The notes under the pieces were generated by a model. The model saw only the letters and a list, made by a program, of their open reading frames with translations. It was not told where the DNA came from and did not search any database. A stretch of 64,000 bases of DNA from an uncultured cyanobacterium (GTDB lineage: Bacteria; Cyanobacteriota; Cyanobacteriia; Cyanobacteriales; CAWUOF01): assembly GCA_963744145.1 (NCBI GenBank), contig CAVUSO010000001.1, positions 1,536,001-1,600,000 on the forward strand. Direction: 5' to 3'. Position numbers and translations under genes: made by a program. This document shows, one piece after another, positions 28,748-39,981 of this stretch; the first letter of the stretch is position 1; each line of letters opens with the position of its first letter.

Positions 28748-31360
28748 TTAGGATTTAGTCTTAGCTTCTAAGTTCTCCAGACGACTTTTTAAATCCTGAT
28801 TGTCTTTTTTCAACTGATCAATTTCTTGACGTAACTGTTTTACAGCTCGCTCTGCACCCGCATTTTTTTGCACCTTTTCCATCGCTTCTTCTGCCATTCG
28901 TCTGATTCGACCATCAGTTGTTTGCTCAAGCAAAGAACTAATAATGCCGATCGCTTTTGTTGTTTCCATTTGACCTAAAGCAGATACCACAGCTCCTTGA
29001 ATTAAAAAGAAAGATTCGCGAGCTAATTCTCCTAAACGCTGCAAAATTCGTTCGACATTAGTTGAATTTTGCCCCACAGAAATGGGACCTAACGCTCGAA
29101 TGGCTGCCAAACGTAAAGCTTGAGGTACACCTAATGCTGTATATTCTAAAACCAATTCCAGCGCAGTTTCAGAAGTTTTCATTTGACTTAAACCACCGAT
29201 CGCACTTCCACGTACTATCTCATTCCAACCTGGTCTTTCTGTCAAAACTGATTTCAGTAATTTCAAGACCTTTTCTTCTTTCGGCTTTTCCATAAAGATA
29301 GTGCCAGCGATCGCCCCTAAAGCTCGAATAGCAGCAGCTTCTACATAATAACTTTGATCACCTTTTTCTGCCAAGGGTTTGAGAGCTTTAAAACTTTCTT
29401 TAGTTTTAATTTCTGCTAAAGCTTCTACCACAGCACGACGGACTCGAGCATCTTCATCCTTCAACCCCAGAATTAAACTATCCACAGCTTGATTTAGTTT
29501 AATTTCGGCTAAATTTTTGGCTACTTCTACTCGTACCCCCCAAAATTTTTCATTTTTCAGAGCATCTGTCAGTGCTTTAACTGCTTCCAACCCACCTTTT
29601 TTCGCTAATGCTTCAGCTGCATAAATACGAGACAAAGGATCAGGATCAAACTTTAATTGAGCTTTTAGTTCCGGTAGGGCATAATCTAGGGTAACTTTTT
29701 TCAAATAATGGTTACCAACATCAAAACTGACAAAATCTGGTTTTTCCGTCAGGGGAAAGTAAAAACTCTGTTCCCGTTCCTGGATTCGGACTACAAAAAC
29801 CGGAATTTTCGGACGATCGCTAGATTTTTTCGACTGAGCATAACCAAAACTAATGGGTAACTTTAAATCAAACAAATCCTGATGATTACTATCTACACCC
29901 TCCGGAACTTGGGTTTGACACACTGTCACTTTAGCTAACTTACTATCTTCATCCCAAGCATAAGAAACCTGATATTCTGGATGACCACCACGATAAACAA
30001 ATTGGTCAAACAAAAATAACATATTCCGACCAGTAGCTTGATCAATCGATCGCAATAAATCAATTGTTTCTACAGTTTGATAAGCATTGGTCTGAACAAA
30101 GGTCTGAATAGCTTGAAAAAATAGCTCATCTCCTAATTCAGCCCGGAGCATATGATAAACACAAGCACCTTTTTCATACAAATGTCGATCATAAAGCTCG
30201 ATCGCTTCTCGATAAATATGAGTAACAATTGGACGTTTATAGCGAGAACTATCTTCGGTAAAGTAACTCCGAGCTTCATTTAAGCGATAATAAGCAGCAT
30301 CATCCCTACCATATTCTTGTTCTAGCCACAACACTTCAGCATAACTAGCCATACCCTCTTTAATCCAAGCATGAGACCAATGCTTAATTACCACTAAATC
30401 CCCAAACCACTGGTGTGCTAGTTCATGAGCTACTAAGCTTTCCGTATTCCGATTATCTAAAGCGGCTCGTTCATCTAGCAAACATCGATCTGTGAGCAGA
30501 GTGGTGGAGGTATTTTCCATTCCTCCAAAAATAAAATCATCCACACAAACTTGGGCATATTTAGGAAAGGGATAAGGATAGCCAAATTTTGTGCTGAAAA
30601 ACTCAATCATCTGGGGTGTTTTTCCCATACTCCGACGAGCATCATCTTCTCGTCCTTTTTCCACATAATAAGTAACTGGTTTACCATTCCATTCGTCTTG
30701 GATTTCGGCAAAATTACCTACCGCTAAAGTCATCAAATAAGTAGGATGAGGTTGGGTTTGAGACCAGTGATAAATTTTATCTTTACCAGTTTCTTGGGTA
30801 TTAATCAGTTCTCCATTGGAAATAACCAGGAAGTTTTTCGGTACTCTTACCCGAATTTCCGAAGTAGCTAATTGACCCGGATAGTCAAAACAGGGAAACC
30901 AAAAGCGTGAGTCTTCATCTTCACCCTGAGTCCAGACTTGGGTCGGTTTATCGGGATAGTCTTTGTCAGGATTAATAAAATATAGTCCACGTTGAGGTTG
31001 TTCTAGACTATAGGCAATGGTTAATTTTACTAGCTGACCAGCTACCATTCCAGTTGGTTGGTAAATTTGTAATTTTTGTCCATCATAGTCAAATTTTTGT
31101 TCAACTTCATCTACTTCTACGGATAGGATATTGAGATTTACCGCATCTAAGATCAATTTATCAATTCCATTCCGCAGGAGCGTTAACTGAAGGGTACAAG
31201 TACCTTGACATTGTTGTTTAGCAATATTGAGGGTCAAATCCAAAAAAATATGAGTTACCTGTCCCGGACGATCCGGACTATAGTGTGGGCGTGCGCCCGG
31301 TAGCTCAAAGGACTTATGACCATTAGTTTCGAGATCAAAATAAGACTGCGACATTGGCAA
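28748..31360 (-). CDS. pepN: M1 family aminopeptidase with C-terminal HEAT repeats
   Basis: GGMEN and HELAHQW..E zinc motifs; HEAT-like DARVRRAVVEAL. Confidence 0.92.
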   Translation of the reverse strand: MPMSQSYFDLETNGHKSFELPGARPHYSPDRPGQVTHIFLDLTLNIAKQQCQGTCTLQLTLLRNGIDKLILDAVNLNILSVEVDEVEQKFDYDGQKLQIYQPTGMVAGQLVKLTIAYSLEQPQRGLYFINPDKDYPDKPTQVWTQGEDEDSRFWFPCFDYPGQLATSEIRVRVPKNFLVISNGELINTQETGKDKIYHWSQTQPHPTYLMTLAVGNFAEIQDEWNGKPVTYYVEKGREDDARRSMGKTPQMIEFFSTKFGYPYPFPKYAQVCVDDFIFGGMENTSTTLLTDRCLLDERAALDNRNTESLVAHELAHQWFGDLVVIKHWSHAWIKEGMASYAEVLWLEQEYGRDDAAYYRLNEARSYFTEDSSRYKRPIVTHIYREAIELYDRHLYEKGACVYHMLRAELGDELFFQAIQTFVQTNAYQTVETIDLLRSIDQATGRNMLFLFDQFVYRGGHPEYQVSYAWDEDSKLAKVTVCQTQVPEGVDSNHQDLFDLKLPISFGYAQSKKSSDRPKIPVFVVRIQEREQSFYFPLTEKPDFVSFDVGNHYLKKVTLDYALPELKAQLKFDPDPLSRIYAAEALAKKGGLEAVKALTDALKNEKFWGVRVEVAKNLAEIKLNQAVDSLILGLKDEDARVRRAVVEALAEIKTKESFKALKPLAEKGDQSYYVEAAAIRALGAIAGTIFMEKPKEEKVLKLLKSVLTERPGWNEIVRGSAIGGLSQMKTSETALELVLEYTALGVPQALRLAAIRALGPISVGQNSTNVERILQRLGELARESFFLIQGAVVSALGQMETTKAIGIISSLLEQTTDGRIRRMAEEAMEKVQKNAGAERAVKQLRQEIDQLKKDNQDLKSRLENLEAKTKS

Positions 31361-31530
31361 ATACAGAGATTATAACTGAATTGTCTTTCAATATCGGACG
31401 GTTGGGTGTTATCCCTTAAAGGTGATCTTGTCTGAGTACAGCTTTTACTAGAAACAAAACCAGATTTGTCCCCTCTAGTAGTAGCAGTAGGAGGGTATTA
31501 TACGCTTCCTACATAAATTAAAAAAAACTC

Positions 31531-33156
31531 TTGGAGAAAAAAATGTCGATCAAAAAAACGTTGATCACTATTAGTACAGTAATTGTAGCTGGTGGTGTGG
31601 CTACTTATGTTTATTTGAAATGGGCACCTGGGGATGTATTAACAGCGATCGGTGGAGCGCGGATTGTTCCCGATCGCGCGTTGATGTCTGGTTTTATCTC
31701 TACTGATCCTTCTGCTTGGTCTAAATTACAGCAGTTTGGTACAGATCCAGCCCAAAAGTTGATTACTGAGCAGATTAAGAAAGTTCAACAGGATCTAGCT
31801 AGTAAAATCCAAGTTGATTTTGACAAAGATATTCAACCTTGGGTCGGAGGAGTCACTATGGCGATTTTACCCTCTAAATCACCTCAAGATCAAACCCAAA
31901 ATGTCCTGATGGTGATTGGGATTAAGGATAAGTTGAATGCTTGGAATTTTGGGATGAAGTTGAAAAATGTCCAAAAAAATGTTAAAGTTGTGGAAAGTCA
32001 ATATAAAGGAGTAACTATTACTCAGCAAGATCAGCAAAATTATGCGTTGTTGAATAATAGTTATTTAGTGATATCTTCTGATCAAGAAACTCTCCAATTG
32101 GCGATTGATACTTTTCAAGGCACTACCGCTTCTTTAGCCAGTAAATCAGATGCGATGATGACTAAAGATGTGAATGTAAAAAATTCGATCGCGATGGTTT
32201 TTATGCCTGATTATGGAGCTTTAGTTGAACATTGGATTAGTCAGGCTAAAAATGACTCGAAACTATCTGCACTCAATATGAATCAGCTCAAGTCCGTTAA
32301 ATCGGTAGTAATGAACTTGGGAGTAGAGGAGCAAGGATTGCGTTTGCAAGCGATCGCGAAAGTTGACCCAGCCGGATTTAAAACTGTTTATAAACAACCC
32401 AACCCTGGCAAATTATTAGGTCTATTTCCCTCCCAAACTTTTGCCCTGATCAGCGGTTCAGGAATTAACCAGATTTGGAGTAATTTACAGATCCAAAGTC
32501 AAGAAAATCCCGACCTAAAACAACAAGTTAATAAAATTAAAGAAGGTCTAAAACTTGTGAATTTAGATGCGGATAAAGATGTATTTAATTGGATGAATGG
32601 TGAATTTGCCCTGGGCACAATTGGGACGGATCAAGGGATGCTCAAAGCCCTCGGATTTGGAGGGTCTTTAGTGCTAGAAACTAGCGATCGCCCCACGGCA
32701 ACAGCAACTTTACAAAAATTAGATAATTTCGTTAAAAATAACCCGATCAGTTCGGTTACGATCGAGCCGAGAGATATCCAAGGAGTTACCGTAACAGAAT
32801 GGAAAATTCCTTTACAAGGAGCGATCTTAGGATATGGTTGGTTAAATCAAAATTCAGTTTTTTTAGCTTTTGGCGGTCCGATCGTTGATCTGATGGCTCC
32901 TAAACCTAGTAATCCTCTCAATGTGAGTGATAACTTTAAAACTATTGCTGGATTTCTACCTAATCCCAATTTAGGTTATTTTTATGTAGATATGGACCAA
33001 GCTATGTCCATACTTGGTCGTCAATTCCAAGTTTCTCCTGATTTAAGTGCTGTCCTCAATTCCATTCGGGGGATCGGTCTCACCGCTAATTGGCCCGATG
33101 AAGCTACTGGTAAATTAGAGTTAGGGTTAGCTCTAAAACCTCATCAGCAAAAATAA
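31531..33156 (+). CDS. DUF3352-like protein with N-terminal anchor
   Basis: DFDKDIQPWVG, DVFNWMNGEFAL, NLGYFYVDM. Confidence 0.8.
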   Translation: MEKKMSIKKTLITISTVIVAGGVATYVYLKWAPGDVLTAIGGARIVPDRALMSGFISTDPSAWSKLQQFGTDPAQKLITEQIKKVQQDLASKIQVDFDKDIQPWVGGVTMAILPSKSPQDQTQNVLMVIGIKDKLNAWNFGMKLKNVQKNVKVVESQYKGVTITQQDQQNYALLNNSYLVISSDQETLQLAIDTFQGTTASLASKSDAMMTKDVNVKNSIAMVFMPDYGALVEHWISQAKNDSKLSALNMNQLKSVKSVVMNLGVEEQGLRLQAIAKVDPAGFKTVYKQPNPGKLLGLFPSQTFALISGSGINQIWSNLQIQSQENPDLKQQVNKIKEGLKLVNLDADKDVFNWMNGEFALGTIGTDQGMLKALGFGGSLVLETSDRPTATATLQKLDNFVKNNPISSVTIEPRDIQGVTVTEWKIPLQGAILGYGWLNQNSVFLAFGGPIVDLMAPKPSNPLNVSDNFKTIAGFLPNPNLGYFYVDMDQAMSILGRQFQVSPDLSAVLNSIRGIGLTANWPDEATGKLELGLALKPHQQK

Positions 33157-33172
33157 CTAACCAGTAGGGGCG

Positions 33173-33307
33173 CAATACGGTTCGTTTAAGGATATTTTGG
33201 GAGATATCGACGGAAGTTGGGCGAAGCATTCGGGCATAATATTAACAGATTTAAGCAATAAATTGTCGCCCGAATGCTTCGCCCCTACAATTAACCAAAC
33301 CGTATTG
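33173..33307. mobile_element. 135-bp MITE with ends related to the IS4 at 1461-2932
   Basis: Ends CAATACGGTTCGTTTAA / TTAACCAAACCGTATTG; 10-bp TSD AGTAGGGGCG (33163-33172, 33308-33317); internal REP pair. Confidence 0.9.
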
Positions 33308-33399
33308 AGTAGGGGCGCAAAAGCAATACGCCCCTACTGTGGTTGATTGTTTAAGCAATCAGAGAAAATAGTTAAGATCACCATTACCCTCAATCTAAT

Positions 33400-34317
33400 A
33401 TGACTGCGACTGTCACAACTACACCTGGATTAGCTTCCCGTTTAGTAAATGGGTTATTATCGATCAAACCCTTAGCCAATTTAGCCAGACACCAAGCGCG
33501 AACCATGATGATTAAACGCGCTGAAAAAATTGGTGTATATTGGCATGATGAAGTAAAGAAATTGCGATCGCAAGATTTAGAAGCCGAACTTAAGGCGATC
33601 CAAAATCCCCATCTCACCTATCCGGATTATTATCTTCGTTCTTTCCATGCTTATGATGATGGGAATTTAGGTTGGGAACCAGCAACGGAAGTAGAAGTTG
33701 CTGCTTATGCAGTCCATGCGGGCATTTGGCCCGAAGCTGGTGCTAAAGGTGATGGGAGACTACGCCAAACTTATCACGATGTTCTAAAATCTAAGTTGTC
33801 GATTCAGCCTCAAGATATCCTTGATTTAGCCTGTAGTGTAGGGATGAGTACCTTGGCACTGCAAAAAACTTATCCCCAAGCTAAGTTAACTGGTGTAGAT
33901 TTATCCCCTTATTTTTTAGCGATCGCCCAGTTGCGATCGCGTCAGCAGCAACTTGCGATCAATTGGATACACTCAAGCGCAGAATCAATCAATTTACCGA
34001 CAGCTTCATTTGATTTAGTATCTGCCTTTCTGCTGTTTCATGAACTACCACAATCTGCGGCAAGAGAGATTTTAACAGAAATTAGACGTTTGTTGCGTCC
34101 CAATGGTTATTTAACGATCATGGATATGAATCCTCAGTCCGAGGTGTATCGGAAAATGCCACCTTACATTTTGACATTGTTAAAAAGTACCGAACCTTAT
34201 CTCGACGAATATTTTACTTTTGATTTAGAGCAAGAATTGCCAGCTGCTGGTTTTCAAGCACCAACTATTAGTTATAATAGTCATCGTCATCGAACTATTA
34301 TTGCTCAAGTTAACTAG
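33400..34317 (+). CDS. Class I SAM-dependent methyltransferase
   Basis: ILDLACSVG, GVDLSPYFL, FDLVSAFLLFHELP. Confidence 0.9.
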   Translation: MTATVTTTPGLASRLVNGLLSIKPLANLARHQARTMMIKRAEKIGVYWHDEVKKLRSQDLEAELKAIQNPHLTYPDYYLRSFHAYDDGNLGWEPATEVEVAAYAVHAGIWPEAGAKGDGRLRQTYHDVLKSKLSIQPQDILDLACSVGMSTLALQKTYPQAKLTGVDLSPYFLAIAQLRSRQQQLAINWIHSSAESINLPTASFDLVSAFLLFHELPQSAAREILTEIRRLLRPNGYLTIMDMNPQSEVYRKMPPYILTLLKSTEPYLDEYFTFDLEQELPAAGFQAPTISYNSHRHRTIIAQVN

Positions 34318-34363
34318 ATTTCTGGCACAAGTAACTAGGACAGGCAAGATGCCTGTCCTACAG

Positions 34364-34488
34364 TAGACCTCTTGCAAAAGTCCTTATTGATCTATTTATT
34401 GACAGGCAAGATGCCTGTCCCACTAGAAAAAATCACTTTTGTGGGACAGGCATCTTGCCTGTCCTATTTATTTTTTGCAAGAGGTCTA
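34364..34488. mobile_element. 125-bp MITE-like element
   Basis: Perfect 16-bp TIR TAGACCTCTTGCAAAA / TTTTGCAAGAGGTCTA; internal ACAGGCAAGATGCCTGTCCCAC inverted pair. Confidence 0.82.
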
Positions 34489-34542
34489 GTAATTGTGGTG
34501 ACATTAAATCAGCAAACATTCCTGGTTGAGCCATCAATTCCT

Positions 34543-35979
34543 CTAATCAGAAGTTAATTTTTCTAGGGCTATTTGCAAATCTTTAGTCAAATCATTAACA
34601 GCTTGACGACGACTGGATTGATACTGATCCCCACGTTCGGAAACGGAAATTGGTTCTCCCACAGTCATTTTGACCCGTTGCTTACCCAAAACAGGACGAG
34701 TGAAAGGACTACCACCTTTAATTCTAGTTAGCACATCCCATAGTAATAAACTTGTTTCTGCAAAACGTTCTGCTGTTGGTTTTTCCCGGATATGTTGACC
34801 TGTAACTGCGACAAAGCTTTCGACTAAACGCATATGCCACATCCGGAGACTAGACTCTTCTGCTATCCGATCGGCAAGTCCTCGTTCTAAGGGGGATAAG
34901 GTTTCTAAAGATTTCAAATCTTCCCGATAAATGCGCTCCCAACCTGCTTGTTCTAAACGACGACAACGATCAATAAATGTTCCTTTAGCGCCTAACCCAA
35001 AATACTCTTCTGCAACTTTTAAGGCTACATCTAATAGTAATGGTAATCTAGTTTCTAACCTGGTATTGACATCCGTTGTAATTGATGAAGCTGGTGGGAA
35101 AGATTGATGATAAAATTTAGTATAAAAATCCTCCATAATAGTTAGCAGGTGACTACCGATTTTGAGCAAACGTCGATAGAGTTCTGCTTCTCGATCGTTC
35201 ATCCCTGATGACACACTAATTGGTAAAGCTTCGGTGAGATTTTCTCGTTTTAGACCAGTTGTCATTTCTAATTCTGTTAATAACCCATCTAAGCTATTCC
35301 AAGGTGCTTCTATATACTGATATTTGATCCCGATCGGAACAATAAATACCTGTTCCGATCGCCCAGCTTTGGCTAAATCTTCCACACACCAAAATCCCAT
35401 TTGCGAAATTCCTGGCTCGATCGGACTAACTATTTCATTATGTCCATTAGTAGCACCTTCTGGAGCTGCGGCGATCGGCAACTTACCATTCACGAATAAA
35501 TCACGAGCCGATCGCAAACCTGTCCGATCTAATTTTCCTCTAATAATCGGTGTACCACCTAAATGAGAATATAGCCAACCTACCCATTTTCCAGCCCAGA
35601 GGGGAATACCTCGATCATAAATGAAATGAGCATGGAGGGGTGATGTTAAAGGAATATTGTGTTTTTTAGCAAATTTGGGCAATAAGTGCCAGATCGTATA
35701 TGCTAAACAGTAGGGATCATCAACACTAGGATGACGAAATGCTAGTAAAAAGCGGATTTTACCACTTTGAAATTGATGATAGAAATCGGCAAGAATTTCT
35801 AGGTGATCAGCGTTAATATCAGTGATCGAAGTCTGCGATCGCAACCAAAAAGGTAAACCTAATTGTACTCCCCGTAAAACTAAAGGGTGAAGCTGGGGGG
35901 GAATAAATTCTAGTGGTGGTTGAGCGTGGGTGATTAAGTATGACATAGGATCACAGGTATTTTTACTTAAAACAAACAA
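34543..35979 (-). CDS. PlsC-like acyltransferase (start may be ATG 35946)
   Basis: HPSVDD (HxxxxD), APEGATNGH, IVPIGIKY. Confidence 0.85.
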   Translation of the reverse strand: MFVLSKNTCDPMSYLITHAQPPLEFIPPQLHPLVLRGVQLGLPFWLRSQTSITDINADHLEILADFYHQFQSGKIRFLLAFRHPSVDDPYCLAYTIWHLLPKFAKKHNIPLTSPLHAHFIYDRGIPLWAGKWVGWLYSHLGGTPIIRGKLDRTGLRSARDLFVNGKLPIAAAPEGATNGHNEIVSPIEPGISQMGFWCVEDLAKAGRSEQVFIVPIGIKYQYIEAPWNSLDGLLTELEMTTGLKRENLTEALPISVSSGMNDREAELYRRLLKIGSHLLTIMEDFYTKFYHQSFPPASSITTDVNTRLETRLPLLLDVALKVAEEYFGLGAKGTFIDRCRRLEQAGWERIYREDLKSLETLSPLERGLADRIAEESSLRMWHMRLVESFVAVTGQHIREKPTAERFAETSLLLWDVLTRIKGGSPFTRPVLGKQRVKMTVGEPISVSERGDQYQSSRRQAVNDLTKDLQIALEKLTSD

Positions 35980-35997
35980 AATATAACTAGCAAAATT

Positions 35998-38900
35998 TTA
36001 CTCCCATAGTGTTAATTCATTTAACCAGTTACGGACGAGAGAGACAATTTGCTCACGACGAGTTTCAAAGTTAGCAGCAATCCAGATGAAAATAATTCCC
36101 AGGGTTAAACCAATCAGCCATTTCAAGAAAGAATAGTAGGAATTTAGGATTACTAACTGATTTAGCACATTTAGTAAAAATGTGATAGTCCCAATATACA
36201 AAAAAGCCCTAGTTCTCAAAGCTAATCCGGTCAAAAGAGTAACAATACTTAAAATTCCTGAGAAAAACCAGGTTTGGGTAGATAAAGCAACGAAATCAAT
36301 TATTCCTATACCTAAGAGTCGGAGAATATGACGTACTTCTTTTTTGGTTGACTGTTGGAGATTAGGCTCAATTTGCACTAGATAAAGTAGTGTTAATGCT
36401 GGGGGAGTACAGGACCATAAATAATTAGTTAATCCCCATGTCCCCAACCAAAGCATAATTGCCCTAATTGCCCAATTAATTAAAATCGCACTAAGATAAG
36501 TTACTCGAATTTGTTGCTCAATTTTTGCCAATAAGATATAAAATGCAGCGACAATTAACAAAGTTAGAGGAGCAATAACTGTTTTGGTTTCCCAGATTAT
36601 CACTAAAGGACAGATTAAAGCACCAACCAGAAAAGGTCGCTTTGACCAACCCCAATTTTCCCAGGGTAAAAAATACATAAAATAGGCAAAAATTACAGCG
36701 ATCGCTGCACTCCAAGGTAATAAAGAGTCTGAAAACAGCAATTCTATTGGTGTACTTAACCAATAAAGTCTTAATCCAGCAATTTCTAACAATCCTAAAT
36801 AAACCCAAATTTCGGCAATACTGATTCTATCTCTTCCTCTGAAAGTAGACTGTAATCCAGATTCGGGAAGTTCTTCTAGATCCCAGTTAGCACGGTGTCC
36901 TTGAAAAATTGCATATCGAATTAAAAATATTCCAATTCCCAATCCTAAAAATTTATTCGCTCCAAGAGGATAAAAAACAGTAGACATTAATAAACAACTA
37001 CTCCAAATCCAATGCAGATGGGCAAATATTTTTAATTCCTGGGCTGAAAGTGTTAAATAATTGACTAACCAAGGAGTTAATATGCGGTAGCTATACATAA
37101 TACTAACACCCAATGCTGCCATGGCGATCAAATTATCACCGATCGATATTTCTGATATGGGGGAAAGGTGATAAAATAAAATTTCATAGGCAGAAATTGA
37201 TATCCCAATTGTGGCTAGATAAACTAAAGGTTTAAATGCTGAATTTCTCCGACCGACCCCAATTGCAATTAAAGCTAAACTTAAAGAAGTTAAACCAGTC
37301 CAATTAGTCACCATACCCCAACGTAATATAGCTCCCAATATGCCATAAACTAAGGGGATAATGTGCCAACTACGAGGAAATTCCCTCTGAGTATGACGGT
37401 GCAACCAATCTCCCATAATTTGGGTAATTAGTCCGATCGCGAAATTAGCGATCGCTAAGTTTAGTCTTGATGGATCGAAAAATCCCAAGGTTTCCGCTGT
37501 CAGTATTTCTATACTCCAACTTAAACCATAAATTAGCCAAATATTCGGTTGTCTAAATAGACGATAAGTAATGGCAATTACAGTTAAGCTACTAGCAATT
37601 AATATTGAGATCGAAGTGGGAGTAATTCTTTCATAAACAGTCCAAGAGTGGAGAGTCAAGAAAATTAATTCGCAGGTAGATATAGCGATCGCCCACTCAT
37701 TAATCGCGGTGCTATAAATAGTTGCTAATCGAGTAGAATGACGAATAATTAACCCCCAGATCAACCAGAGTACATTAATAATAATCGCGATCGCTACCAA
37801 CCATCCTACTAGAGATAATTCGGGTAATCCCGGTACTCCTTCCCACAACATGATTCCGACAAAAACTAAACCAAATCCGACGGTAATTGTAGCGGAGAAT
37901 TTCTCCTGTAAATAGCTAGTATTTGCTAACATCAAACAGGTAGCAATCCCTAAACCAATTAATCTTCCTCCAGGTATTCCCCAGGTTAATAATTGTGCCA
38001 TCGCGATCGCAATTATACTAATCCGACAGACTAATTGTCTCTGGACTACTTCGGTCCGACTAGCAACACCAATCAGAACTAAGGGTACAATTAACCATAA
38101 AATTCCCCATTCGGGACGGTTGATGAGAGGATTAAGGAGAGATTTTTGATAATTTTGGTAAAGTAACCAATAGCTTAATCCTGCTAAACCTAATCCTATA
38201 TACCAGGAACTACGACTAATGGTCGCAATAAATAAATGATTAATCGATAAGTTACTAGAGCTACTATTATTGTTTAATGCGACTATAATCCATTCTCCGA
38301 CCATAATCGTTAACCAAATTACTGCCCAAGTTGCTATATTTAGTTTTCCCATCCAGTCAATTGTACTTGCAATAGTTAGCAGAGCGATCAGATGGGTTAG
38401 GTAAATTAAAAAAGTTGGCATATTAACGGTAAAATCGCTAGAATTTTGCCGTTGATTTTCCCAATCTAAATTTCTTTTGGTGATTACTGCTGTGGTGATC
38501 GTCGAAAAACCGAGATTGAGCGATCGCAAAATTGGACTCACTAAACTAATCATTGTGAAAAAGCTACCTAATAATAAGGCAATTTTTTCGGCAAATTTAG
38601 CTAACTGATCATGTTCATGTCTATAGAGCCAATCTCTCCCCCAGAGCAGTAGAATTAAATAGGGAAATAGTGCAATACTCAAAAGTGCAAAGGGAGTTTT
38701 TTCAGTATCAGTTACAGCAGTAGAAATTGCGATCATCCATGTTTGTAGCTCAAATGGAATGAGTCTCCAACCTAACCAAATTGTCTGTAACCCAATTACG
38801 CAAATAGCTAGGAAATCAAGATGTTGCCAAAATCTAAATAAACGACTAGCAAAGACCCATAAACCTAATCCACTAATTGCGATCGCTTGTCCAGGTTCGG

Positions 38901-39981
38901 TGGAAACGGAAATTAACCATCCTAAACCTAATAATATCCCACCCATTAATTCCCAAGTCGAATTTTTTTTAGATGAATTAACCGCTCTATTTTGTTGAGA
39001 TAACCAGCACAATAACCAACCACTAATTCCGAGGGCTAATCCGAGTTGGGTGATCTGGATATGAGCGCCAAAGATTCCTCTTAATATTAATAAGATTAGG
39101 CTATAAATAATTATAGCAATCGTCTGAAAATTGTTATTTACATGGGGAGTTTTAGGGTTACGATATTGAGAGAAAATAGCGATCGCAGTTTCTAAGGTGC
39201 CGACATAAATAGCTACTAGGGGAAATAGGGATAATTGCCAACCCCAATGTAGATAACTTAACCCTAAAATATTAAATAGATTCCATCCGGAAATATTTAG
39301 TTGAAATTGGATCAGAAAAATAGTGGCACCAGTTAGAGTAATTCCAGCACCGATCGCGGTAAAATATTCTAGAGGATTATGCCATAATTGAAAACTATCT
39401 ATTGCCCAAAAATTAACTGGAATTAAACCCAGGGTAACTAGTTGTAACGTTTGAGCAGTTAAACGTAAATTCTGCTGTGGAATAGTCCAGAAACTGACAA
39501 TCCAAAAAGTTAAGGTATATCCTAATAAAACTCCATATTGCCCAACGGGAGGAAATTTCTCCCAGTGACTAACAACTAGAACTCCAGAAGATACTATCAC
39601 CATAAATACGCCTAAAAAAAGTAGCCACCGGACGCTAATTTCCGCCATCAGTGACTGCAAGCTTTTGGTGATAAAATTGCTAGGTAAGACTGGTTTAACT
39701 TGAGGATTAACTAAAACAGGATCGGTCAAAGATTCAGAAATTGATTCGGATTGGTCTTGATTAACTAAAGGATGAGGTGGAACAGATGAGCGATCGCTAG
39801 AAATTGCTACCAAATCGGGTAAAGGACTGGAAAGATATTGTTGACACAACTGTTTTACCTGAGTTTGGGAAATTAAACCCAGTTTCAACCACATATCTAA
39901 CCCTGCTAATAACTGAGATTGTTCAGAGTTGATATTTAGTGTAATGGTAATTTTGCGGTCAAAGATCGATGACATTACCAA
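35998..39981 (-). CDS. Large polytopic membrane protein (DUF2157-like)
   Basis: 1327 aa with many TM segments; GLDMWLKLGLIS N-terminal motif. Confidence 0.75.
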   Translation of the reverse strand: MVMSSIFDRKITITLNINSEQSQLLAGLDMWLKLGLISQTQVKQLCQQYLSSPLPDLVAISSDRSSVPPHPLVNQDQSESISESLTDPVLVNPQVKPVLPSNFITKSLQSLMAEISVRWLLFLGVFMVIVSSGVLVVSHWEKFPPVGQYGVLLGYTLTFWIVSFWTIPQQNLRLTAQTLQLVTLGLIPVNFWAIDSFQLWHNPLEYFTAIGAGITLTGATIFLIQFQLNISGWNLFNILGLSYLHWGWQLSLFPLVAIYVGTLETAIAIFSQYRNPKTPHVNNNFQTIAIIIYSLILLILRGIFGAHIQITQLGLALGISGWLLCWLSQQNRAVNSSKKNSTWELMGGILLGLGWLISVSTEPGQAIAISGLGLWVFASRLFRFWQHLDFLAICVIGLQTIWLGWRLIPFELQTWMIAISTAVTDTEKTPFALLSIALFPYLILLLWGRDWLYRHEHDQLAKFAEKIALLLGSFFTMISLVSPILRSLNLGFSTITTAVITKRNLDWENQRQNSSDFTVNMPTFLIYLTHLIALLTIASTIDWMGKLNIATWAVIWLTIMVGEWIIVALNNNSSSSNLSINHLFIATISRSSWYIGLGLAGLSYWLLYQNYQKSLLNPLINRPEWGILWLIVPLVLIGVASRTEVVQRQLVCRISIIAIAMAQLLTWGIPGGRLIGLGIATCLMLANTSYLQEKFSATITVGFGLVFVGIMLWEGVPGLPELSLVGWLVAIAIIINVLWLIWGLIIRHSTRLATIYSTAINEWAIAISTCELIFLTLHSWTVYERITPTSISILIASSLTVIAITYRLFRQPNIWLIYGLSWSIEILTAETLGFFDPSRLNLAIANFAIGLITQIMGDWLHRHTQREFPRSWHIIPLVYGILGAILRWGMVTNWTGLTSLSLALIAIGVGRRNSAFKPLVYLATIGISISAYEILFYHLSPISEISIGDNLIAMAALGVSIMYSYRILTPWLVNYLTLSAQELKIFAHLHWIWSSCLLMSTVFYPLGANKFLGLGIGIFLIRYAIFQGHRANWDLEELPESGLQSTFRGRDRISIAEIWVYLGLLEIAGLRLYWLSTPIELLFSDSLLPWSAAIAVIFAYFMYFLPWENWGWSKRPFLVGALICPLVIIWETKTVIAPLTLLIVAAFYILLAKIEQQIRVTYLSAILINWAIRAIMLWLGTWGLTNYLWSCTPPALTLLYLVQIEPNLQQSTKKEVRHILRLLGIGIIDFVALSTQTWFFSGILSIVTLLTGLALRTRAFLYIGTITFLLNVLNQLVILNSYYSFLKWLIGLTLGIIFIWIAANFETRREQIVSLVRNWLNELTLWE

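Noticed and set aside
34372..34557. 61-aa ORF
   Set aside because: Translates a MITE and its hairpin repeats; no independent coding evidence
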